Notes under the pieces: generated by a model
What the model saw: the letters and a program-made list of their open reading frames with translations, nothing else
Told to the model about the DNA's origin: nothing
Database searches by the model: none
Virus record (IMG/VR): IMGVR_UViG_2917413769_000008
Span: 1 to 40,820 of that record
Direction: 5' to 3' (one strand)
DNA: 40,820 nt
From: a virus
Taxonomy: Duplodnaviria; Heunggongvirae; Uroviricota; Caudoviricetes
In this document: one piece after another, positions 31,603 through 40,820 of the stretch
How positions within the stretch are numbered: position 1 is the stretch's first letter
Layout of the letters: each line of letters begins with the position of its first letter
Position numbers and translations under genes: made by a program

Positions 31603-32300
31603 TGCAGGATATCCGGCAGGAAACACTGAATGAATGCACCCGTGCGGAGCAGTCGGCCAGCGTGGTGCTCTGGGAAATCGATCTGACAGAGGTCGGTGGT
31701 GAACGTTATTTTTTCTGTAATGAGCAGAACGAAAAAGGTGAGCCGGTCACCTGGCAGGGGCGGCAGTATCTGGCGTATCCCATTCAGGGGAGTGGTTTTG
31801 AACTGAATGGCAAAGGCACCAGTACGCGCCCCACGCTGACGGTTTCTAACCTGTATGGCATGGTCACCGGTATGGCGGAGGATTTGCAGAGTCTGGTCGG
31901 CGGAACGGTGGTCAGGCGTAAGGTTTACGCCCGTTTTCTGGATGCGGTGAACTTCGTCAACGGAAACAGTGATGCCGATCCGGAGCAGGAGGTGATCAGC
32001 CGCTGGCGCATCGAGCAGTGCAGCGAACTGAGCGCGGTCAGTGCCTCCTTTGTGTTGGCCACACCGACGGAAACGGATGGTGCTGTTTTTCCGGGGCGCA
32101 TCATGCTGGCTAATACCTGCACCTGGACCTATCGCGGTGATGAGTGCGGTTATCACGGTCCGGCTGTCGCTGATGAATATGACCAGCCGACGTCCGATAT
32201 CACGAAGGATAAATGCAGCAAATGCCTGAGTGGTTGTAAGTTTCGCAATAACGTCGGCAACTTTGGCGGCTTCCTTTCCATTAACAAACTTTCGCAGTAA
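31602..32300 (+). CDS. L: Minor tail protein L
   Basis: 232 aa, matches lambda gpL including the C-terminal Cys cluster. Confidence 0.95.
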   Translation: MQDIRQETLNECTRAEQSASVVLWEIDLTEVGGERYFFCNEQNEKGEPVTWQGRQYLAYPIQGSGFELNGKGTSTRPTLTVSNLYGMVTGMAEDLQSLVGGTVVRRKVYARFLDAVNFVNGNSDADPEQEVISRWRIEQCSELSAVSASFVLATPTETDGAVFPGRIMLANTCTWTYRGDECGYHGPAVADEYDQPTSDITKDKCSKCLSGCKFRNNVGNFGGFLSINKLSQ

Positions 32301-32304
32301 TCCC

Positions 32305-33048
32305 ATGACACAGACAGAATCAGCGATTCTGGCGCACGCCCGACGATGTGCGCCAGCGGAGTCGTGCGGCTTCGTGGTGAGAACGCCGGAGGGGGAAAGA
32401 TATTTTCCCTGCGTGAATATCTCCGGTGAGCCGGAGAAGTATTTCCGGATGTCGCCGGAGGACTGGCTGCAGGCAGAAATGCAGGGTGAGATTGTGGCGC
32501 TGGTCCACAGCCACCCCGGTGGTCTGCCCTGGCCGAGTGAGGCCGACCGGCGGCTGCAGGTGCAGAGTGATTTGCCGTGGTGGCTGGTCTGCCGGGGGGC
32601 GATTCATAAGTTCCGCTGTGTGCCGCATCTCACCGGGCGGCGCTTTGAGCACGGGGTGACGGACTGTTACACGCTGTTCCGGGATGCTTATCATCTGGCG
32701 GGGATTGAGATGCCGGATTTTCATCGTGAGGATGACTGGTGGCGTAACGGTCAGAATCTCTATCTGGATAATCTGGAGGCCACAGGGCTGTATCAGGTGC
32801 CGTTGTCAGCGGCGCAGCCGGGCGATGTGCTGCTGTGCTGTTTTGGTTCATCTGTGCCGAATCATGCCGCCATTTACTGTGGTGACGGCGAGCTGCTGCA
32901 CCATATTCCTGAACAACTGAGTAAACGAGAGAGGTATACCGACAAATGGCAGCGACGCACACACTCCCTCTGGCGTCACCGGGCATGGCACGCATCTGCC
33001 TTTACGGGGATTTACAACGATTTGGCCGCCGCATCGACCTTCGTGTGA
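32305..33048 (+). CDS. K: Tail tip assembly protein K (Mov34/NlpC-P60-like)
   Basis: Start MTQTESAILAHARRCAPAESCGF...; matches lambda gpK. Confidence 0.9.
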   Translation: MTQTESAILAHARRCAPAESCGFVVRTPEGERYFPCVNISGEPEKYFRMSPEDWLQAEMQGEIVALVHSHPGGLPWPSEADRRLQVQSDLPWWLVCRGAIHKFRCVPHLTGRRFEHGVTDCYTLFRDAYHLAGIEMPDFHREDDWWRNGQNLYLDNLEATGLYQVPLSAAQPGDVLLCCFGSSVPNHAAIYCGDGELLHHIPEQLSKRERYTDKWQRRTHSLWRHRAWHASAFTGIYNDLAAASTFV

Positions 33049-33593
33049 AAACGGGGGCCGAAGCCATCCGGGCGCTGGCCACGCAGCTTCCGTCGTTTCG
33101 CCAGAAACTGAATGAGGGCTGGTATCAGGTGCGCATTGCCGGGCGTGATGCAGGCGAAAATGAATTATCTGCCCGTCTTAATGAGCCGCTGGCAAATGGT
33201 GCCGTGATCCATATCGTGCCGCGTCTGGCGGGAGCTAAAAGTGGCGGTGTGTTTCAGGCGGTGCTGGGTGCGGCGCTGATTGCGGTGGCATGGTGGAACC
33301 CTGTGGGCTGGCTGGGGGCCGCGGCTGTATCGGGTATGTATGCAGCAGGGGCCAGTATGATCCTGGGTGGTGTGGCCCAGATGCTGGCACCGAAAGCCCG
33401 GACGCCCACAGCGACCAGCACGGATAACGGTAAACAGAACACCTATTTCTCCTCACTGGATAACATGGTTGCCCAGGGCAATGTTCTGCCCGTTCTGTAC
33501 GGTGAAATGCGCGTGGGGTCACGTGTGGTTTCTCAGGAGATCAGCACGGCAGACGAAGGGGATGGTGGTCAGGTTGTGGTGATTGGTCGCTGA
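32946..33593 (+). CDS. I: Tail tip assembly protein I
   Basis: 215 aa, matches the N- and C-terminal parts of lambda gpI with a divergent middle. Confidence 0.9.
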   Translation: MAATHTLPLASPGMARICLYGDLQRFGRRIDLRVKTGAEAIRALATQLPSFRQKLNEGWYQVRIAGRDAGENELSARLNEPLANGAVIHIVPRLAGAKSGGVFQAVLGAALIAVAWWNPVGWLGAAAVSGMYAAGASMILGGVAQMLAPKARTPTATSTDNGKQNTYFSSLDNMVAQGNVLPVLYGEMRVGSRVVSQEISTADEGDGGQVVVIGR

Positions 33594-33653
33594 TGCAAAA
33601 TGTTTTATGTGAAACCGCCTGCGGGCGGTTTTGTCGTTTATGGAGCGTGAGGA

Positions 33654-36600
33654 ATGGGTAAAGGAAGCAGTAAGGGGCATACCCCGCGCGAAGCGAAGGA
33701 CAACCTGAAATCCACGCAGTTACTGAGTGTGATTGATGCCATCAGCGAAGGGCCGATTGAAGGCCCGGTGGATGGATTAAAAAGCGTGCTGCTGAACAGT
33801 ACGCCGGTGCTGGACAGTGAGGGAAATACCAACATCTCCGGTGTCACGGTGGTGTTCCGGGCAGGTGAGCAGGAGCAGTCACCGCCGGAGGGATTTGAAT
33901 CATCAGGTTCCGAGACGGTACTGGGTACGGAAGTGAAATACGACACGCCGATCACCCGGACCATCACGTCTGCAAACATCGACCGTCTGCGCTTTACCTT
34001 CGGTGTGCAGGCACTGGTGGAAACCACCTCAAAGGGGGACAGGAATCCATCGGAAGTCCGCCTGCTGGTTCAGATACAACGTAACGGTGGCTGGGTGACA
34101 GAAAAAGACATCACCATTAAGGGCAAAACCACCTCGCAGTATCTGGCCTCGGTGGTGGTGGGTAACCTGCCGCCGCGCCCGTTTAATATCCGGATGCGCA
34201 GGATGACGCCGGACAGCACCACAGACCAGCTGCAGAACAAAACGCTCTGGTCGTCATACACCGAAATCATCGATGTGAAACAGTGCTACCCGAACACGGC
34301 ACTGGTCGGCGTGCAGGTGGACTCGGAACAGTTCGGCAGTCAGCAGGTGAGCCGTAATTATCATCTTCGCGGGCGCATTCTGCAGGTGCCGTCGAACTAT
34401 AACCCGCAGACGCGGCAATACAGCGGTATCTGGGACGGAACGTTTAAGCCAGCATACAGCAACAACATGGCCTGGTGTCTGTGGGATATGCTGACCCATC
34501 CGCGCTACGGCATGGGGAAACGTCTTGGTGCGGCGGATGTGGACAAATGGGCGCTGTATGTCATCGGCCAGCATTGCGATCAGTCGGTGCCGGACGGTTT
34601 TGGCGGCACGGAGCCGCGCATCACCTGTAATGCGTACCTGACCACACAGCGTAAGGCGTGGGATGTTCTCAGTGATTTCTGCTCGGCGATGCGCTGTATG
34701 CCGGTATGGAACGGGCAGACGCTGACGTTCGTGCAGGACCGACCGTCGGATAAGGTGTGGACCTATAACCGCAGTAATGTGGTGATGCCGGATGATGGCG
34801 CGCCGTTCCGCTACAGCTTCAGCGCCCTGAAGGACCGCCATAATGCCGTTGAGGTGAACTGGATTGACCCGAATAACGGCTGGGAAACGGCAACAGAGCT
34901 TGTGGAGGACACGCAGGCCATTGCCCGTTACGGTCGTAACGTCACGAAGATGGATGCCTTTGGCTGTACCAGCCGGGGGCAGGCGCACCGCGCCGGGCTG
35001 TGGCTGATTAAAACGGAGCTGCTGGAAACGCAGACCGTGGACTTCAGCGTGGGTGCAGAAGGGCTTCGCCATGTACCGGGCGATGTCATTGAAATCTGTG
35101 ATGATGACTATGCGGGTATCAGCATCGGCGGGCGCGTGCTGGCGGTGAACAGCCAGACGCGGACACTGACGCTCGACCGTGAAATCACGCTGCCATCCTC
35201 CGGCACCACGCTGATAAGCCTGGTTGACGGACAGGGGAATCCGGTCAGCGTGGAGGTCCAGTCCGTCACCGACGGCGTGAAGGTGAAAGTGAGCCGGGTT
35301 CCTGACGGCGTTGCCGAGTACAGCGTGTGGGGGCTGAAGCTGCCGACGCTGCGCCAGCGCCTGTTCCGCTGTGTGAGTATCCGTGAGAACGATGACGGTA
35401 CGTATGCCATCACTGCCGTGCAGCATGTGCCGGAGAAAGAAGCCATCGTGGATAACGGGGCGCACTTTGACGGTGACCAGAGCGGCACGGTGAATGGTGT
35501 CACGCCGCCAGCGGTGCAGCACCTGACCGCAGAAGTCACCGCAGACAGCGGGGAATATCAGGTGCTGGCGCGCTGGGACACGCCGACGGTGGTGAAGGGC
35601 GTGAGCTTCCTGCTTCGCCTGACCGTGGCTGCGGATGATGGCAGTGAACGGCTGGTCAGCACGGCCCGGACGACGGAAACCACATACCGCTTCAGGCAAC
35701 TGGCGCTGGGAAATTACAGGCTGGCAGTCCGGGCGACAAATGCCTGGGGGCAGCAGGGAGACCCGGCGTCGGTATCGTTCCGGATTGCCGCACCGGCAGC
35801 GCCGTCACAGATTGAGCTGACTCCGGGCTATTTTCAGATAACAGCCACGCCGCATCTTGCCGTTTATGACCCGACGGTACAGTTTGAGTTCTGGTTCTCG
35901 GAAAAGCGGATTGCGGATATCAGGCAGGTTGAAACCACAGCCCGCTATCTTGGCACGGCGCTGTACTGGATAGCCGCCAGTATCAATATTAAGCCGGGCC
36001 ATGATTATTATTTTTATATCCGCAGTGTGAACACCGTTGGCAAATCGGCATTTGTGGAGGCTGTCGGTCGGGCGAGCGATGATGCGGAAGGTTACCTGGA
36101 TTTTTTCAAAGGCCAGATAACTGAATCCCATCTCGGCAAGGAGCTGCTGGAAAAAGTCGAGCTGACGGAGGATAACGCCAGCCAACTGGAGGAGTTTTCG
36201 AAAGAGTGGAAAGACGCCAACGATAAATGGAATGCCATGTGGGGCGTCAAAATTGAGCAGACAGAAGACGGTAAGCATTATGTCGCGGGGCTTGGCCTCA
36301 GCATGGAGGATACGGAGGAAGGTAAACTGAGCCAGTTTCTGGTTGCCGCTAACCGTATCGCGTTTATTGACCCGGCAAACGGGAATGAAACGCCGATGTT
36401 TGTGGCGCGGGGCAACCAGATATTCATGAACGAAGTGTTCCTGAAGTATCTGACGGCTCCCACCATTACCAGCGGCGGCAATCCGCCGGTATTTTCCCTG
36501 ACACCGGACGGGCGGTTGACGGCGAAAAATGCCGATATCAGCGGTAACGTGAATGCGAACTCCGGGGCGCTCAACAACGTCACGATAAATGAGAACTGTA

Positions 36601-37067
36601 CGATTAAGGGAATGCTCGAGGCTACTCAGGTCAAAGGTGACTTCGTTAAAGCTGTATCTAAGCCATTCCCGAAAAAAACTGGCTCGTGGGGCAATACGGA
36701 AACACCAGGCGGGACGGTTACAGTCACCATTTACGATGATCATAACTTTGACCGCCAAATCATTATTCCGCCCATTATTTTTAACGGTATGGCGTATGAC
36801 GATCCGGGGAGCGGTAATAACCCGGGAGGTACGCGATACACGGGTTATGGTTTTGAAGTTCGCAAAAACGGCGTATTAATCGCATCCAGAGAAACTAAAG
36901 GGGCCATTCCCGGTAGTTACAGTGCGGTTATTGATATGCCGAGTGGTGGTGGTAGCGTCACTCTGGAGTTTAAGATTTTCCAGAAAGGCAATCAGGGCGC
37001 AGGTAACATCACAGACTGTACGGTGATTGTGACCAAAAAAGCTGCTTCCGGTATCAGTATCCGTTGA
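33654..37067 (+). CDS. J: Central tail fibre / host specificity protein J, with a divergent C-terminal receptor-binding region
   Basis: 1137 aa, lambda gpJ-like up to ...[15 protein letters not shown]; the last ~150 aa differ from lambda and are lower in GC. Confidence 0.95.
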   Translation: MGKGSSKGHTPREAKDNLKSTQLLSVIDAISEGPIEGPVDGLKSVLLNSTPVLDSEGNTNISGVTVVFRAGEQEQSPPEGFESSGSETVLGTEVKYDTPITRTITSANIDRLRFTFGVQALVETTSKGDRNPSEVRLLVQIQRNGGWVTEKDITIKGKTTSQYLASVVVGNLPPRPFNIRMRRMTPDSTTDQLQNKTLWSSYTEIIDVKQCYPNTALVGVQVDSEQFGSQQVSRNYHLRGRILQVPSNYNPQTRQYSGIWDGTFKPAYSNNMAWCLWDMLTHPRYGMGKRLGAADVDKWALYVIGQHCDQSVPDGFGGTEPRITCNAYLTTQRKAWDVLSDFCSAMRCMPVWNGQTLTFVQDRPSDKVWTYNRSNVVMPDDGAPFRYSFSALKDRHNAVEVNWIDPNNGWETATELVEDTQAIARYGRNVTKMDAFGCTSRGQAHRAGLWLIKTELLETQTVDFSVGAEGLRHVPGDVIEICDDDYAGISIGGRVLAVNSQTRTLTLDREITLPSSGTTLISLVDGQGNPVSVEVQSVTDGVKVKVSRVPDGVAEYSVWGLKLPTLRQRLFRCVSIRENDDGTYAITAVQHVPEKEAIVDNGAHFDGDQSGTVNGVTPPAVQHLTAEVTADSGEYQVLARWDTPTVVKGVSFLLRLTVAADDGSERLVSTARTTETTYRFRQLALGNYRLAVRATNAWGQQGDPASVSFRIAAPAAPSQIELTPGYFQITATPHLAVYDPTVQFEFWFSEKRIADIRQVETTARYLGTALYWIAASINIKPGHDYYFYIRSVNTVGKSAFVEAVGRASDDAEGYLDFFKGQITESHLGKELLEKVELTEDNASQLEEFSKEWKDANDKWNAMWGVKIEQTEDGKHYVAGLGLSMEDTEEGKLSQFLVAANRIAFIDPANGNETPMFVARGNQIFMNEVFLKYLTAPTITSGGNPPVFSLTPDGRLTAKNADISGNVNANSGALNNVTINENCTIKGMLEATQVKGDFVKAVSKPFPKKTGSWGNTETPGGTVTVTIYDDHNFDRQIIIPPIIFNGMAYDDPGSGNNPGGTRYTGYGFEVRKNGVLIASRETKGAIPGSYSAVIDMPSGGGSVTLEFKIFQKGNQGAGNITDCTVIVTKKAASGISIR

Positions 37068-37087
37068 AATATTTATAACCCCAATAC

Positions 37088-37116
37088 GGGCGCCAGAAAT
37101 GGCGCCTTTTTTATTT
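37088..37116 (+). terminator. Hairpin terminator between J and stf
   Basis: GGCGCCagaaatGGCGCC followed by TTTTTTATTT. Confidence 0.65.
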
Positions 37117-37127
37117 GTGGAGTGAGT

Positions 37128-39521
37128 ATGGCAGTACAGATTTCAGGTGTGCTGAAAGATGGTGCGGGAAAACCAATACAGAACTGCACTATTCAACTGA
37201 AGGCAAAGCGTAACAGCACCACGGTACTGGTGAACACGGTGGCCTCTGAAAATCCGGATGAAGCCGGGCGTTACAGCATGGACGTTGAGTATGGCCAGTA
37301 CAGCGTCACCCTGCTGGTTGAAGGTTTTCCGCCTTCACATGCCGGGACCATTACCGTCTATGAAGGTTCCAGACCAGGTACGCTGAATGATTTTCTCGGT
37401 GCCATGACGGAAGATGATGTCATGCCGGAGGCATTGCGTCGTTTTGAGGCAATGGTGGAAGAAGCGGCACGCAACGCCGAAGCCGCCTCTCAGAGCGCAG
37501 CGGCGGCAAAGAAATCCGAAACTGCAGCGGCATCGTCCAGGAACGCGGCGAAAACGTCAGAGACGAATGCAGGTAACAGTGCGAAAGCGGCAGCGGCCTC
37601 ACAGACTGCATCGGCAAACTCCGCGACAGCAGCCAAAAAATCAGAAACCAACGCGAAAAACAGTGAGACAGCCGCAAAGACGAGCGAAACCAACGCAAAG
37701 TCCAGCCAGACGGCAGCGAAAACCAGCGAAACGAATGCCAAAGCCAGTGAAGCTGCGGCGAAAAGCAGTCAGGATGCAGCAGCCGAAAGCGAGAGCGCGG
37801 CAGCCGGTTCTGCGACTTCAGCTGCTGGATCAGCAACTGCAGCGGCTAACAGCCAGAAAGCTGCGAAGACGAGTGAAACTAACGCAAAGTCCAGCCAGAC
37901 GGCAGCGAAGACCAGCGAAACGAATGCCAAAGCCAGCGAAACTGCGGCGAAAAGCAGTCAGGATGCAGCAGCCGAAAGCGAGAGTGCTGCAGCTGGTTCT
38001 GCAAGCGCGGCGGCTGCTTCTGCCACTGCATCAGCTAACAGTCAAAAAGCAGCAAAGACGAGCGAAACCAACGCAAAGACAAGCGAGACTGCGGCGGCTA
38101 ACTCGGCGAAAGCATCAGCTGCAAGCCAGACGGCTGCAAAAGCGAGTGAAGACGCAGCCAGAGAGTATGCAAGCCAGGCTGCGGAGCCGTATAAACAAGT
38201 TTTGCAGCCGCTTCCCGATGTGTGGATACCGTTTAACGATTCACTGGAAATGATTACTGGTTTCGCTCCTGGTTATAAAAAAGTAACTATCGGTGATGAT
38301 GTTATTACTTTTCCATCAGAGAAGGTTGTATCTTTCACTCGCTCCACTTCTGCAACGTATATAAACAAATCAGGTTCATTTGCTTTTGCAGAAATTAACG
38401 ATCCGCGCTTTGAAAAGGAAGGTTTATTAATTGAAGGTCAGAGGACAAATACATTTACTAATAGTAACAATCCTTCATTATGGAATTATGACGACAAGAA
38501 TATAGAAATAACCACATCGGTTGATGAATATGGTTTTAAATATGGTTTGTTCGATGTAAAGGAAACATCAACTACTGAAAGGGCGACGATAATATCTACT
38601 GGATACAGTAGGGTTATTGATGTTGCTGCAAATGAATCTGTTACCTTGTCCTGTAGGGTTAAGAAGATAAATGGAGAAGGTATTATAACTTTAAGACCCA
38701 GAATATCTTTCGTTAACGATGACGGCACAAGCAACACGCTGGTAGCTGGTTCCTACATAGATTGCGAAACTGGTGATGTTTTAGGTTTTTCTGGTGGGGA
38801 TGCTGTAAATCATGTCATATACAGAGAAGCTAACGGATGGTTACGCGTCGAATTTACATATAAATCACCAGAAGCAAAAAGCATGTATGGGCGCTTTGAA
38901 ATGGGAGCAGATAAAAGGGCGATCAAAAAAGGCGATCAGATAATGTTTACTACGCCGCAATTTGAAAAAGGATCGTGTGCATCATCATTTATCGTTACAT
39001 CAGATGTGGCAGTTACACGGGCTAGTGACGTGGTAATAATGCCAATAAGACTGAACTGGTCAACGCCTCCGTTAAGCGTTCTTATGGAAGTTAATATCAA
39101 CTGGGACAAAATGCCAAACAGTGAAGGTTCAGCAAGGCTTCTTAACGTGTCAATAACTGGCGCAACAACGGATGTTGCTGATGAAAGTTATATGTATTTT
39201 GGTTTTACCTCTGGAGGCGCGCGCTCAATTATAACTAACGGAAAAGGAACAAAGACCGAGTATAAAGCCTACTGTAACAGGACAACCCGCAGGTTTATTG
39301 CTGGGTTTAAGTTTACAGAGCAGAAAGAATTGCGTGCTGTTATAAACGGTAACTTTGGCGCTGTTGGTGTATCACAACACACAAGACAACGTTATACAGA
39401 AGGGCCAATAAATATAGGCGGTCAATCAATATCAGGTAACAGGCATTTATTTGGACACGTGCGCAATTTACGTATCTGGCATAAGGAACTGACAGATGCA
39501 CAAATGGGAGAAAGAATATAA
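37128..39521 (+). CDS. stf: Side tail fibre protein (Stf-like): lambda-type N-terminal anchor, Ala/Ser/Thr-rich repeats, unrelated AT-rich C-terminal domain
   Basis: MAVQISGVLKDGAGKPIQNCTIQLKAKRNSTT... matches the lambda Stf N-terminus; internal tandem repeats; distal half differs from lambda. Confidence 0.85.
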   Translation: MAVQISGVLKDGAGKPIQNCTIQLKAKRNSTTVLVNTVASENPDEAGRYSMDVEYGQYSVTLLVEGFPPSHAGTITVYEGSRPGTLNDFLGAMTEDDVMPEALRRFEAMVEEAARNAEAASQSAAAAKKSETAAASSRNAAKTSETNAGNSAKAAAASQTASANSATAAKKSETNAKNSETAAKTSETNAKSSQTAAKTSETNAKASEAAAKSSQDAAAESESAAAGSATSAAGSATAAANSQKAAKTSETNAKSSQTAAKTSETNAKASETAAKSSQDAAAESESAAAGSASAAAASATASANSQKAAKTSETNAKTSETAAANSAKASAASQTAAKASEDAAREYASQAAEPYKQVLQPLPDVWIPFNDSLEMITGFAPGYKKVTIGDDVITFPSEKVVSFTRSTSATYINKSGSFAFAEINDPRFEKEGLLIEGQRTNTFTNSNNPSLWNYDDKNIEITTSVDEYGFKYGLFDVKETSTTERATIISTGYSRVIDVAANESVTLSCRVKKINGEGIITLRPRISFVNDDGTSNTLVAGSYIDCETGDVLGFSGGDAVNHVIYREANGWLRVEFTYKSPEAKSMYGRFEMGADKRAIKKGDQIMFTTPQFEKGSCASSFIVTSDVAVTRASDVVIMPIRLNWSTPPLSVLMEVNINWDKMPNSEGSARLLNVSITGATTDVADESYMYFGFTSGGARSIITNGKGTKTEYKAYCNRTTRRFIAGFKFTEQKELRAVINGNFGAVGVSQHTRQRYTEGPINIGGQSISGNRHLFGHVRNLRIWHKELTDAQMGERI
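37677..38110 (+). repeat. Tandem 189-bp (63-aa) repeat, ~2.3 copies, within stf
   Basis: Near-identical copies start at 37677, 37866 and 38055 (AAGACGAG(C/T)GAAAC(C/T)AACGCAAAG...), encoding KTSETNAKSSQTAAKTSETNAKASE.AAKSSQDAAAESESAAAGSA... Confidence 0.85.
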
Positions 39522-39802
39522 TGCGAGACTTAACCCTCAAATTCATAAACAAGGCCGACTTTTCGGCCTTTATGGATAGCATTGGTTATGAAGATGACGA
39601 GGTAATGCAGAACAATGTTCTCATTGATGTGATAGGTAACGTGTACAAAGAAACCGGAGAACTTACTGAAGATGGCGAGCCGGTATGTGTTAAGGAAGAC
39701 GGATATTTTGTAAACGTGCGCATCATTAATGATGCAAAAAAATCGTCAATATTCGATAAATACGCGGTTGTTGTTGAGCATCAACTTCGTGGCTGGATGT
39801 GA
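39521..39802 (+). CDS. Hypothetical protein (93 aa) coupled to stf; possible fibre assembly factor
   Basis: ATG overlaps the stf stop (TAATG); AT-rich like the stf distal half. Confidence 0.5.
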   Translation: MRDLTLKFINKADFSAFMDSIGYEDDEVMQNNVLIDVIGNVYKETGELTEDGEPVCVKEDGYFVNVRIINDAKKSSIFDKYAVVVEHQLRGWM

Positions 39803-39811
39803 GGTAGAGAA

Positions 39812-40516
39812 ATGGCTACATCGACAGTAATTCCAGGAGATATCACCAAGCTAAAGGGGGATGTCAGTAAAGCTAAGGAAGATATTTCATCAATTAGCGG
39901 AAAAGTATCAACGCTTCAGACTGATATGGACAGTGCAAAGCAGGATATCAGTACCAGATACACAAAAACAGAAGTGGATAATAAGCTGAAAAACAAAGTG
40001 GAAGTGAACGATCTGGAAAGCGGTCGTTATGGCGGAGATTTTTATCCACTGACAGGTCGTGAAGCGTTTTATTTATGGAATTTGGCCACGACTACAGCTG
40101 CGGCAAACCTTTATCTTAATCCTGACCCCGCAATTTCGTCTGTGCTGCGGTCAACATCGTCTATCCGCTATAAACATTCAGTAGAGACGATAGATTCAGA
40201 GCACGCCGATCTCATTTTCAAGATGCGCCCTGTGTGGTACAGGTCGCAATGCGAAAATGACAGGCGTGACTGGGGATTCTACGGATTGATTGCCGAGGAA
40301 GTAGGAGAAATTGCCCCTCAGTTTGTACACTGGCGACCAGCTAACGAGAATGATGCTCCTGAAGCTATTTCCAGCAATGGCCTTGTTGCCGAAGGTGTAA
40401 TGTACGAACGTCTGGTTGTTCCACTGATTCACCATATCCAGAAACTGACTGAAAGAGTTGATGAACTTGAGTCAGAATTAAAGTTGTTATCAACTTCTCG
40501 AAGCGATATCGGATAA
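39812..40516 (+). CDS. Protein with N-terminal coiled coil and C-terminal intramolecular-chaperone (peptidase S74-like) domain
   Basis: 234 aa; C-terminal region has the S-x-x-R-x-K ... RPVWY ... GLIAEEV ... PQFV ... YERLVVPLIHHIQKL pattern typical of tail-fibre/endosialidase chaperone domains; N-terminus has heptad repeats. Confidence 0.6.
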   Translation: MATSTVIPGDITKLKGDVSKAKEDISSISGKVSTLQTDMDSAKQDISTRYTKTEVDNKLKNKVEVNDLESGRYGGDFYPLTGREAFYLWNLATTTAAANLYLNPDPAISSVLRSTSSIRYKHSVETIDSEHADLIFKMRPVWYRSQCENDRRDWGFYGLIAEEVGEIAPQFVHWRPANENDAPEAISSNGLVAEGVMYERLVVPLIHHIQKLTERVDELESELKLLSTSRSDIG

Positions 40517-40526
40517 AGGAGGAGTA

Positions 40527-40820
40527 ATGGATATAACACCTTTCCTTCATGCACTTTGTGCTGTGGCTGCGCAGGTACTGGTTGGTCTTTTTACCGGAAA
40601 CTGGGCTTACGGTGCGATAGCCGGTTGTACGTTCTTCATTGCGCGTGAACACACCCAGGCAGAATATCGCTGGATTGAAATGTTCGGGCATGGCAAGCGT
40701 ATGAATATGCCGTGGTGGGGCGGTTTTGATCCACGCGCGTGGGATGTGGCAAGCCTGATGGATTTTGCTGTGCCGGTGGTGGCGTGTCTGCTGGTCTGGC
40801 TGTTGGTTAATCGCGGGTGA
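40527..40820 (+). CDS. Hypothetical membrane protein (97 aa, two predicted TM helices); stop at window end
   Basis: AGGAG RBS; hydrophobic segments ALCAVAAQVLVGLF and FAVPVVACLLVWLLV. Confidence 0.5.
   Translation: MDITPFLHALCAVAAQVLVGLFTGNWAYGAIAGCTFFIAREHTQAEYRWIEMFGHGKRMNMPWWGGFDPRAWDVASLMDFAVPVVACLLVWLLVNRG

Noticed and set aside
31500-32306. 268-aa minus-strand ORF
   Set aside because: Antisense to lambda-like M and L, both well supported; shadow ORF.
34254-35699. 481-aa minus-strand ORF, with other long antisense ORFs at 35805..36758, 35108..35539 and 36278..36583
   Set aside because: They lie wholly inside the J coding region on the opposite strand; Arg/His/Ala-rich, low-complexity translations typical of shadow ORFs in GC-rich DNA, with no start-site support.
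37414-38253. 279-aa plus-strand ORF extremely rich in Arg/Gln/Lys/Pro
   Set aside because: It is an alternative frame of the stf Ala/Ser/Thr repeat region; the composition is an artefact of reading GCn/AAn-rich repeats out of frame.

Overview
The window is the left ~41 kb of an integrated lambdoid prophage in prophage gene order: int-xis, early-left genes (exo-bet-gam), immunity region, O-P-ren, nin region, Q, lysis cassette, cos, then Nu1-A-W-B-C/Nu3-D-E-FI-FII-Z-U-V-G/T-H-M-L-K-I-J-stf and three post-fibre genes. Calls rest on reading the ORF translations against remembered lambda protein and DNA sequences; no search was run. Exo, Bet, Gam, P, Ren, Nu1, A and the head/tail proteins look essentially lambda. 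The repressor/operators, N-terminal half of O with its iterons, Q, the phage-21-type lysis cassette and several cargo loci are not lambda. Best candidates for an undescribed system: (1) a two-gene cassette (small acidic protein + C-terminally anchored coiled-coil membrane protein) in the rexA-rexB slot downstream of cI, with its own terminator; (2) an AT-rich antisense moron (225 aa) in the nin region. Other observations: int appears frameshifted at an A5/T5 run; no recognisable N gene; cosN differs from the lambda cohesive end; J and Stf have replaced C-termini; a 189-bp tandem repeat in stf; an S74 chaperone-domain protein after stf. No tRNA, rRNA or CRISPR array was recognised.
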